In this document: piece after piece, positions 56,483-64,000 of the stretch
Layout: the number at the start of each line of letters is the position of its first letter
How positions within the stretch are numbered: the first letter of the stretch is position 1
Assembly: GCA_045568075.1 (NCBI GenBank)
Contig: JBJLBP010000001.1
Location: 102,307 to 166,306, forward strand
Reading direction: 5' to 3'
Source: Candidatus Thalassarchaeaceae archaeon
GTDB taxonomy: Archaea > Thermoplasmatota > Poseidoniia > Poseidoniales > Thalassarchaeaceae
DNA length: 64,000 nt
Notes under the pieces: generated by a model
Database searches by the model: none
The model's input: only the letters and a program-made list of their open reading frames with translations
What the model was told of the DNA's origin: nothing
Program-made: the position numbers and the translations under genes

Positions 56483-57074
56483 TCAACGCTGCTGCAACTT
56501 CTCCGGCTTCTTCCAATTGTTCAATTGAAAACCAGTAAGAGGAGGCCTGCCATACGATATCCCCGTTTTTGTCAAGCAAAATTACAGAGGGAGTTGGTAA
56601 ATTCCCAAAAGCTTCTACAACTGAAAGTTCCGAAGGCTCTCTAGTATCGAAATCAAGCGCTAGGCGCGAATGCCCATCAATAACCACCGGCCATGGCGAA
56701 TAGTGATCGCTTGAGTTGTTTCCATAAACTTGCATTATGTTTTCTGATGATTCGAAGTTACCGTATCTGTGAATTGTAATTGGTTGAATCGTGCTATAGT
56801 TGAGATTACTTTCTCGGATTCCTTCTGCCCATTCGTGGCAACCTTGACATTGCGAACTAACCCAGAACAAAAGTACCGGATTTTCTCCTAATTCGGTAGT
56901 CAGGTCTAACATCGGACCTCCATCAACATCTCTTCCCAGTGTTGGGAGTGTGAAGGTGTATCTTTTGTCTTCAATTTCCTCTTCTCCAAGCTCTTCTTGG
57001 ATTTCTTCAGCCAAACATCCTGCTGTAGCAGATAGTAGGAATAATGCAGTCAAAAGCCCAATTATTTTCTTCAT
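56475..57074 (-). CDS. thioredoxin-fold lipoprotein (TlpA/redoxin-like)
   Basis: Signal peptide MKKIIGLLTALFLLSATAGC (lipobox); SSQCQGCHEW CxxC motif; probable ATG at 57074 inside ORF 56475-57146. Confidence 0.6.
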   Translation of the reverse strand: MKKIIGLLTALFLLSATAGCLAEEIQEELGEEEIEDKRYTFTLPTLGRDVDGGPMLDLTTELGENPVLLFWVSSQCQGCHEWAEGIRESNLNYSTIQPITIHRYGNFESSENIMQVYGNNSSDHYSPWPVVIDGHSRLALDFDTREPSELSVVEAFGNLPTPSVILLDKNGDIVWQASSYWFSIEQLEEAGEVAAALSD

Positions 57075-57088
57075 TTTTCTCTCTCCAA

Positions 57089-57820
57089 TTATGGCTTGAT
57101 AGTACCTAATCCGCCATTGACTCCGATGATTTGCCCCGTCATCCATTCAGGGGCACCATTTACCAACCAACTAGCAACATCAGCAATTTCCTTTGCTTCA
57201 CCAATTCTTCCGACCGGATGCATCAAGTCACTAATTTTCCGACTTGCATCATTCTTCAGAAGGTGTTCCGACATCGGTGTATCAGTCATTGCAGGGGCGA
57301 TCGCATTGACCCTAATCCCCCGCTTTGCATAGTCTGCAGCAGAGGCGCGAGTCAATCCTTCAACAGCCGCTTTTGCTGCGGCAATAGCGGCGTGATTAGT
57401 CATACCATGAGTGGCCGCTACGGAAGAAAACAGAACAATCCTACCTCCTTCACCCCTCATCATCGGAACCGCGGCCGATCGAATCGCATTGAAAGCAGTG
57501 GTGAAGTTTTGGTCAATCGTATCTTGTACCTGTTCTGTGGATGTTGCATGTAGAGGTCTCAGAAGGATTGAGCCAACAGCGACGACGACGGCATCAAGGC
57601 GTCCATGACGTTGGAGGATTTCTCCAACCGCTTCCTTCATTGCATCTGCATCTCTGGCATCCACTGGTAGTATTTCGAGGCCACTAATTTCGTTACTAAG
57701 TGATTCTAGCGTTTCTTCAGTTCTACCACTCGCTACAATATTCCAGCCTTCTTCGGAGAGATTCTGACAAACATTACTCCCCACTCCTCCGGCGGCCCCC
57801 AATACCCATACAACAGACAA
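57089..57820 (-). CDS. short-chain dehydrogenase/reductase (SDR)
   Basis: N-terminal VLGAAGGVGS cofactor motif and classical SDR length. Confidence 0.8.
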   Translation of the reverse strand: MSVVWVLGAAGGVGSNVCQNLSEEGWNIVASGRTEETLESLSNEISGLEILPVDARDADAMKEAVGEILQRHGRLDAVVVAVGSILLRPLHATSTEQVQDTIDQNFTTAFNAIRSAAVPMMRGEGGRIVLFSSVAATHGMTNHAAIAAAKAAVEGLTRASAADYAKRGIRVNAIAPAMTDTPMSEHLLKNDASRKISDLMHPVGRIGEAKEIADVASWLVNGAPEWMTGQIIGVNGGLGTIKP

Positions 57821-57839
57821 TTCATGACCTCCTTAGGAT

Positions 57840-59432
57840 CTATCTCATTGCCTTAGGTCTACGGAGATCAGGGAACCAAGTATCTACACCATTCCAATCA
57901 ACAGGAATCCCTAGATCGGAAATTACCAGCTTACTGCTAATCCTAGCACTCTCAAAGATTGTTGGAAGACCACTTCCTGGATGAGTCCCCCCTCCAACTA
58001 AGTAGAGACCATTCAATTCCTCGAAGCGATTGTGGGGGCGCCTCCAAAGCATTTGGTCTAGTCCGTGGGCTAAATTGAAAACTGCTCCTCGATATATGTC
58101 GGAAGCACCCCAATCATCAGGAGTAACGATTGTCTTACTAACCATGTGATCTCGAAGATTTGTGTATCCTAAATGCGCCATCTGATCGATGATTAACTCA
58201 GAAAACTCTTCCTTTTCATTCTCCCAGACAATACTTGGATCTGTGTTGGGAACTGGAACTAGAACATACAGTGTGGATTGTCCCTTTGGAGCCATGCTTG
58301 GGTCGGTGATGCAAGCGTTCTGTACGTAAATAGAGGGATCATTCCAAGGAATTTTGTGATTGTCGATATTCACCAAACTATTCTCATAATCTGCAGAGGC
58401 ATAGATTTGATGATGGGGTTCATCGTATAGTTTGTCAACTCCAAGATAAAGCATGAAAGTCGAGCAAGAATACGATTTCTTCTGCAACTTTTCATCGGAC
58501 CACTTCTTTCTCTTCTGGTTTGGAATCATGGTAGTCATGGCATGACCAAAGTCTGCATTCATGATGATCTTTTCAGCCATATAATCCACATTCTTTGTTC
58601 GCAAACCTTTGACAGTCTTGCCTTCGATGATGACTTCATCGACCTCGGTCTCTAATTCGAACAGAACTCCCATCTCTCTGGCAATTTCCCCCATCCTAGC
58701 AGTAATTGAGCCGAGGCCACCTTTAGCATGGAAAATCCCGTGCTCGTACTCCAAGAATGCTAGAATAGTGAATAACGATGGTGCATGAAAAGGACTCATT
58801 CCGAGATATTTAGTTTGGAAAGACATTGCCAATCTAACTCGCTCATCGTCGAATAATCGTTCGAGATCAGATGCAACGCTGGCCCAGGGTCTCAGCACGG
58901 TAGCTGCGGAAAAGGCACGCTTGGAAAGAAGGTCGGATGGCCCCCTCCAAGGTGTTTGCAGACAACCCCTTGAACGGGCCAACTTTCTTCGATTCTCAGT
59001 GATGTAACGCTTGAATCCCTCGGCGTCTTTGTCGCCAGATAATTCCCTTACCCTTTCTGTCATCGCCTCTAAATTACAGGTGGCATCAATGGAGCCACCC
59101 CTTCCAAAGACAAGCCGATATGAGGGGTCTAGAGGTATCAGGCCAAGCTCCTCATGAGCGTCTCTTCCAATCGCTTGGAAAATTTCCTCTATAACTTCTG
59201 GATAATGGAAAAAGGTAGGGCCCCTATCGAACTTGAATCCATCATGTTCGACGATTCTTGTCCTCCCTCCTATGAAAGGGGTCTTTTCGATTACTCGGAC
59301 CTTCAAACCACTGTGGGCTAGGAGAAGGGCGGAAGCCAGGCCACCGGGTCCTGCTCCAACAATCAAAATGTCTTGCTCTTTGTTAATCGAGTTCTCAGAC
59401 TCAAGAGAAAGGGAGGGGGATTGCATGCTCAT
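57840..59432 (-). CDS. crtI: phytoene desaturase family (CrtI-like carotenoid desaturase)
   Basis: N-terminal FAD motif ILIVGAGPGGLASALLLAHSGLKVRVIEK...IGGR and C-terminal LYLVGGGTHPGSGLP. Confidence 0.8.
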   Translation of the reverse strand: MSMQSPSLSLESENSINKEQDILIVGAGPGGLASALLLAHSGLKVRVIEKTPFIGGRTRIVEHDGFKFDRGPTFFHYPEVIEEIFQAIGRDAHEELGLIPLDPSYRLVFGRGGSIDATCNLEAMTERVRELSGDKDAEGFKRYITENRRKLARSRGCLQTPWRGPSDLLSKRAFSAATVLRPWASVASDLERLFDDERVRLAMSFQTKYLGMSPFHAPSLFTILAFLEYEHGIFHAKGGLGSITARMGEIAREMGVLFELETEVDEVIIEGKTVKGLRTKNVDYMAEKIIMNADFGHAMTTMIPNQKRKKWSDEKLQKKSYSCSTFMLYLGVDKLYDEPHHQIYASADYENSLVNIDNHKIPWNDPSIYVQNACITDPSMAPKGQSTLYVLVPVPNTDPSIVWENEKEEFSELIIDQMAHLGYTNLRDHMVSKTIVTPDDWGASDIYRGAVFNLAHGLDQMLWRRPHNRFEELNGLYLVGGGTHPGSGLPTIFESARISSKLVISDLGIPVDWNGVDTWFPDLRRPKAMR

Positions 59433-60445
59433 TCCTCAAGAGGGGGTCTGATTACACCAAGAGTTGACATCAGCACGTTTGCCTTTTGGAAGGCCGTTAA
59501 ACTAAGTTGTTGCGAGACAACATCGCCACACAATATCTCTGCTTGTCTTACTAATTGGGAATAGACTGATACCATGATAGTAGGGCTCTTTCTGGAGTCT
59601 GTGTGGATCATTGGAAGTAGTTTAACAGCCTCTTCTCTGTGTGCCTTACATCTCTCGATGTAGTCTTGCATGAATTCTTGCCAATTAGGATTCGAGGCGA
59701 GGCTCGGGCTGGATAAATCGTAGGAACTAATACCATACGATTGCAACTCAGTAATAGGAAGGTAAATCCTTCCGGAAGCAAGATCGGATTGAATGTCACG
59801 AAGAATATTCACCATTTGCAAGAAAATTCCCATTTCTTCTGCGTAATGTTCAGCCTCTTGACCATCGTATCCATACAGATGGAGGAGGCATAGTCCGACT
59901 GAAGAAGCGACATTGTAGCAATAGCCACTGAGATCTTCATAGGTCTGGTAATTTGTTGGATATAGGTCATCTTCCATTCCATCGATTAGGGAATGCAGAT
60001 GCTGAGATGGAATGTTGAATTTCTCAATAGTGTGCCAGAATGCTAAGAAAAATTTCTCTTTTGGAAATGAGCAATTTGTCAACGGCTGAATGTTATCTCT
60101 GAGATATATCAGGGCACAAAGTCGGGCTATATGGGTCTCATGATCTAAAGTCCCACGAGACTCATGTTTGTCATCCAAATACTTGGATTTCTGTAGAGCT
60201 CTCAAACGTAGCGAACCCATTTGTTGAGGGGAGAAATTAGAGAAATCGGGCAACCAGTCGCCATCTGCAACATCATCTGCTCTGCGACAAAATGCATACA
60301 GCGCCTTTATCCCATCATGCTTTTCTTTTGGGAGGGTTCTGAATGCCCTCAGGAACGAGGAAGAAGACTCAGTTGCAATCCTCTCACATTCGAGGTATGA
60401 CTCACTTAATGTCGCAGCATCATTGCTTACGACATCCCCCAACAT
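59429..60445 (-). CDS. crtB: phytoene synthase (squalene/phytoene synthase family)
   Basis: Asp-rich motifs YAFCRRADDVAD and ...QMVNILRDIQSDLASGRIYLP; stop overlaps crtI start by 4 nt. Confidence 0.8.
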   Translation of the reverse strand: MLGDVVSNDAATLSESYLECERIATESSSSFLRAFRTLPKEKHDGIKALYAFCRRADDVADGDWLPDFSNFSPQQMGSLRLRALQKSKYLDDKHESRGTLDHETHIARLCALIYLRDNIQPLTNCSFPKEKFFLAFWHTIEKFNIPSQHLHSLIDGMEDDLYPTNYQTYEDLSGYCYNVASSVGLCLLHLYGYDGQEAEHYAEEMGIFLQMVNILRDIQSDLASGRIYLPITELQSYGISSYDLSSPSLASNPNWQEFMQDYIERCKAHREEAVKLLPMIHTDSRKSPTIMVSVYSQLVRQAEILCGDVVSQQLSLTAFQKANVLMSTLGVIRPPLEE

Positions 60446-60514
60446 GCATCGACATCGACCATGCTCCGTATATAATGAAATGTTTTCAAAAATTATTCTT
60501 AATTCAATAAATAA

Positions 60515-61759
60515 TCAGTTTTTATAGGGCGGATAAGGTTCTGGAATAGATAGACAGGTACGAAACTCCTCAAGATATGGACTCATTGAAAGAATTAATT
60601 TGACATCAGGGTGAGTGCGGATAACTAAACCATCGAGATACATCAGTGCACGTATGATTGGAAAGGCCTCTTCGCCGAATACTGCGCCTGCCTCCTCCAC
60701 AGCGCATCTAACCGTTTTCATCATTATTTGAGTAAGACTTTGTTCCCCGATAGAGCGCATCTCAAAGTCATGGTAAATCTGGTGCATCTTACTCATGTAC
60801 CTCTCCTTACGCAACTCGTCTAGGTCCTCCTCTGAAAGTCCAAGGAGTGACTGGAATGCATCATCATAATCACTGTTGGATAAATGTTCGAAGAATCTGA
60901 AAAGAGAGCTGCTGACATGTTTGGGAGCATGACAAATCGCTCCATTATCGATGAAGACAAACATTCCATCGTCATCGATGATACAATTCCCCGGATGTAA
61001 ATCTCCATGGAATGTTCCAATGCCGAATAGGTAGGCACCATGAATCCGGAAAAGATCTAGTAAAGTCGACCAGGACAATGAGCCAGCATCAATTCCATCC
61101 TCAAGAGAATCTCCTCTGATGAATTCGGAAACTAGTACATGATGATTTGACAATTCGCGATAGTACTTTGGGAATCTGAGTCTGTGCATTTGGAATGTGT
61201 CATCGATTTCCAATTGAATTTTCTTTAATTCATCAGCACCTGAAATCTCATTTCGCAGATCAAGCTCTCTTGTTGTGTAGTCCGCAACGTGATTCAGTAG
61301 AGCGACTGGATTACCGACCTTGCGTAACTTAGGCATGAAGATTAAGAAAATTCGCAACCATCTTCGCATTCGCCTAACATCTCGGCGGAAAGCCTTCTCA
61401 TTCTGGGCCTTGATGACCTTGATTACAACATCGTCGCCGGTCTTCAGACGAGCTCGGTGAACTTGCCCAACAGAAGCAGCCGCGATCGGAATTTTGTCTA
61501 TTTCCTCAAAGGCATCGAAGAACCCCTCGGGTGCTCTCGTCTCGAGATTTTCAAATACCGACTCAGAAGGAATGCTGGATGCGTGCTGATACAATTGCTG
61601 TAATTGTCGGCACTTCTCGACGGGAATTATATCACTCCTCAATGCAAATATTTGGGCCAACTTAACGGCGAGTAATCCTTGGGATTGAATCCAATCTAAA
61701 TCGGCTGGACCGGCCTTGAGAATCTGACGTATGAACTTGGCAAATGTCCAGACTCGCAT
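60515..61759 (-). CDS. ABC1/UbiB-family atypical kinase
   Basis: AAASVGQVHRARL...VVIKV and HGDLHPGNCII motifs. Confidence 0.8.
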   Translation of the reverse strand: MRVWTFAKFIRQILKAGPADLDWIQSQGLLAVKLAQIFALRSDIIPVEKCRQLQQLYQHASSIPSESVFENLETRAPEGFFDAFEEIDKIPIAAASVGQVHRARLKTGDDVVIKVIKAQNEKAFRRDVRRMRRWLRIFLIFMPKLRKVGNPVALLNHVADYTTRELDLRNEISGADELKKIQLEIDDTFQMHRLRFPKYYRELSNHHVLVSEFIRGDSLEDGIDAGSLSWSTLLDLFRIHGAYLFGIGTFHGDLHPGNCIIDDDGMFVFIDNGAICHAPKHVSSSLFRFFEHLSNSDYDDAFQSLLGLSEEDLDELRKERYMSKMHQIYHDFEMRSIGEQSLTQIMMKTVRCAVEEAGAVFGEEAFPIIRALMYLDGLVIRTHPDVKLILSMSPYLEEFRTCLSIPEPYPPYKN

Positions 61760-61841
61760 ATCGAGTGAGTAATCCTTTCACAATATCAAGTGCTGTTTCA
61801 GATTTGTAACAAATCAGTATTAGAATCGAAAATTCAATGAA

Positions 61842-64000
61842 TTATTTCGATTGTTTGGAAAACCAACTAGGCGTCCACCAATTCGCTTTCCCAAGTAAAC
61901 GCATTGTCGAAGGTACTACGATTGCCCTCACAATTGTGGCATCTACAATAACCGCAACAGCAAGAGCAAATCCTATCGATTTGATGATTAAAACGTCTGC
62001 GAGGATAAAACCGAAGAAGACAGCTACCATGATTGCAGCAGCGCCTGTGATTAGGCTGCCAGAGGCTTGCAGTCCCTCTGCAACTGCCTGTGTATTATCT
62101 CCCGTCTCCTCCCATGCTTCGTGGATTCTGGACAGCATCAAAACCTCATAGTCCATAGACAACCCAAATGCGATTCCGAATACCAATGGTGGCACAACTA
62201 GATCGAGTGGTTGGGCGGAATAATTCAGAACGCCAGTAAGTAATCCGTCCTGGAATACAACTACGATTATTCCGAAAGATGCAGATACAGAAAGTATGTT
62301 CATCAAGATGGCTTTGATTGGAACTAAAATCGAATTCACCTGCACGAAAACGAGGAGGACCGTCAGCAGTAGAACGAAAGCGAGAACCGCTGGAATTCGC
62401 TCCTTCAGGTGATCCTTCAGCTCCACCTCAAAGGCACTCCAACCGCCGATTAGCACCTCCATGTCCTTATCGTCTGCAATATCCATCATTTCTCTAACAA
62501 TACGCTCCGATTCGTCTGAACCACTTCGGTGTTGAACCGGGACAGAAAGCCGTATGATATTCTCAGAGACGGAGGCTGTCCATTCCTCTTGCACTTCTTG
62601 CGGCCATTCTGAGAATTGTTGTTCGAACAAAGCTGGATTACAGATTGGATGCGTAACCCCTATGACTCCATCAATTTGGCTAATCTGTTGACACAGTGGC
62701 AAAACTCGTTCAGAAAATTCTTTCGAAAATGGCTCGTCGAATTCGTCTAACACGATTACAATAGGGATACTCGAAGCAGTGTAAGCTGGGAATTCCTCGG
62801 TAAGAATCTCAAAACCAATCCGAGATTCCATGTCGGGCGGCAAGGCCTCGATACCGCCCGCACTGAGTTCGACACGGAGGAAAGGGGACGCAGCAAGAAG
62901 GAGGACAACCAGTGCTGGAACTAACCATCGAAGAGGATTTTTCATTACCTTGATTGAGAGTTTCTTCCAAAAATCAGTCTTACGGTTTGCACCGGGGATA
63001 GGAACTGGAAGAGAATTGATTCGAGGGCCAAGGTAGGATAGCATTGCAGGTAGGACTGTGAATGAGTAGAGCATTGCTGCTGCAACCGCGAGGAATGCCC
63101 CCATGCCCATCGATGGCATGTGGGTTGCTTCGAAGTAGAAGAGGCTGCAAAGACCTACGGCAACTGTGGCGCCGGAGAACATTACTGCCCTACCTGCTGT
63201 ATCCATCATTGTTGCAATAGCAGCCTCTGTCGATTCGCCCTTGGCAATCTCTTCTCTGAATCTGCTAATCATGAATAAACTGTAGTCAATTGACACAGCA
63301 ATCCCAATCAATGAAATCATACTGACGGAATATTCTGTCAAGCCGAAAAACCACCAATCTGAGATCCAATAACTAATTCCCGTGGCCAAGGCAACCATCA
63401 ACAAAGCCACCACTAACGGAAGCATTGCTGCGGTGAATGTCCCAAACACAAAGAGGAGAATGATCAAAGAAATTGGAAGACCTATTACCTCTGCACGAAT
63501 GGTATCATTTTTCATCGCTGTATCGAAATCGTTTCCAATAATCAGGCTACCAGTTACGGTGACTTCGAGGCTCTCGCTTTCAATTGATTTCAAATCCGAA
63601 ATCATATCGTTAAGCTCGGATTCAGACCCCCCTACTGAGAGATAGACTGCTGTCCTTTTCCCATCTGAAGAGCTGTGAGTTGCAATCACTTGTTGATTGG
63701 TTGGGTCATCGTAAATAGTCGAAATACTAACAATATCAATTTCTATTTCTCGTATTGATTCTATGAAAGCCTCGACTGCAGATTGAAACTCTTCTTCCTG
63801 CCATGTCATCTCTTCATGAGAGAGGATGTATGTGACGGTGTTGGAAGCTGAAACAGGTAGTTGTTCATCGATTAGACTCAATGCCTTACCTGAATCGGTT
63901 GTTGGAGGTGGCGCATTACCATCAATGAAATTCTCTCCTTGACTGAGGAGGACGCCGGAAAAGAGCAAGGAAACGGCGGCGAGAGCAAGGACTGCTCTGC
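61842..64000 (-). CDS. MMPL/RND-superfamily membrane transporter, N-terminus beyond window end
   Basis: Two 6-TM bundles with large extracytoplasmic domains; frame stays open upstream of the TTG at 63968 through a hydrophobic signal-like segment to position 64000. Confidence 0.75.
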   Translation of the reverse strand, partial: RAVLALAAVSLLFSGVLLSQGENFIDGNAPPPTTDSGKALSLIDEQLPVSASNTVTYILSHEEMTWQEEEFQSAVEAFIESIREIEIDIVSISTIYDDPTNQQVIATHSSSDGKRTAVYLSVGGSESELNDMISDLKSIESESLEVTVTGSLIIGNDFDTAMKNDTIRAEVIGLPISLIILLFVFGTFTAAMLPLVVALLMVALATGISYWISDWWFFGLTEYSVSMISLIGIAVSIDYSLFMISRFREEIAKGESTEAAIATMMDTAGRAVMFSGATVAVGLCSLFYFEATHMPSMGMGAFLAVAAAMLYSFTVLPAMLSYLGPRINSLPVPIPGANRKTDFWKKLSIKVMKNPLRWLVPALVVLLLAASPFLRVELSAGGIEALPPDMESRIGFEILTEEFPAYTASSIPIVIVLDEFDEPFSKEFSERVLPLCQQISQIDGVIGVTHPICNPALFEQQFSEWPQEVQEEWTASVSENIIRLSVPVQHRSGSDESERIVREMMDIADDKDMEVLIGGWSAFEVELKDHLKERIPAVLAFVLLLTVLLVFVQVNSILVPIKAILMNILSVSASFGIIVVVFQDGLLTGVLNYSAQPLDLVVPPLVFGIAFGLSMDYEVLMLSRIHEAWEETGDNTQAVAEGLQASGSLITGAAAIMVAVFFGFILADVLIIKSIGFALAVAVIVDATIVRAIVVPSTMRLLGKANWWTPSWFSKQSK

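Noticed and set aside
1-64000. Transposases, integrases, toxin-antitoxin pairs, CRISPR-Cas or known multi-gene defence systems (BREX, DISARM, etc.)
   Set aside because: No ORF in the window shows the corresponding catalytic motifs (DDE, tyrosine recombinase RxxR...HxxR...Y, Cas signatures); the methyltransferases have no such partners nearby.

Overview
This 64 kb window is a gene-dense chromosomal segment with about 66 protein-coding genes and one tRNA (tRNA-Leu, anticodon GAG). I found no rRNA, no CRISPR array and no recognisable transposase or integrase. No homology search or GC computation could be run: every call rests on motif recognition by eye plus the supplied ORF track, and coordinates of non-ORF features (tRNA, palindromes, repeats) are hand-counted and approximate. 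Marker genes (thermosome, archaeal-type DnaG, THEP1 NTPase, archaeal phosphopantothenate synthetase, deoxyhypusine synthase, PIN-KH ATPase) indicate an archaeal genome. Together with a bacterial-type MetK, many secreted or surface hydrolases and a crtB-crtI carotenoid cluster, this resembles a marine heterotrophic euryarchaeon (Marine Group II / Poseidoniales-like); that assignment is inference only. Most genes are housekeeping (purine, threonine, polyamine/hypusine, glycolysis, NAD and CoA synthesis). GC content is patchy: housekeeping genes are roughly 55-60% on sampled 60-nt lines, with AT-rich islets (about 35-47%) at 12.9-15.0 kb, 19.0-20.35 kb, 29.2-31.0 kb, 41.2-43.3 kb and 57.8-64 kb. 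I cannot point to a defined novel system, only candidates. The strongest are: (i) a probable restriction-modification pair at 29.3-31.0 kb; (ii) an AT-rich islet at 19.0-20.35 kb with a membrane-anchored HTH protein, a duplicated gene-end repeat and a GIY-YIG-like remnant; (iii) an Eco57I/TaqI-like N6-adenine methyltransferase with an uncharacterised acidic partner at 6.6-9.2 kb; (iv) a compact four-gene operon of unknowns ending in a MobA-like nucleotidyltransferase at 26.1-28.0 kb.
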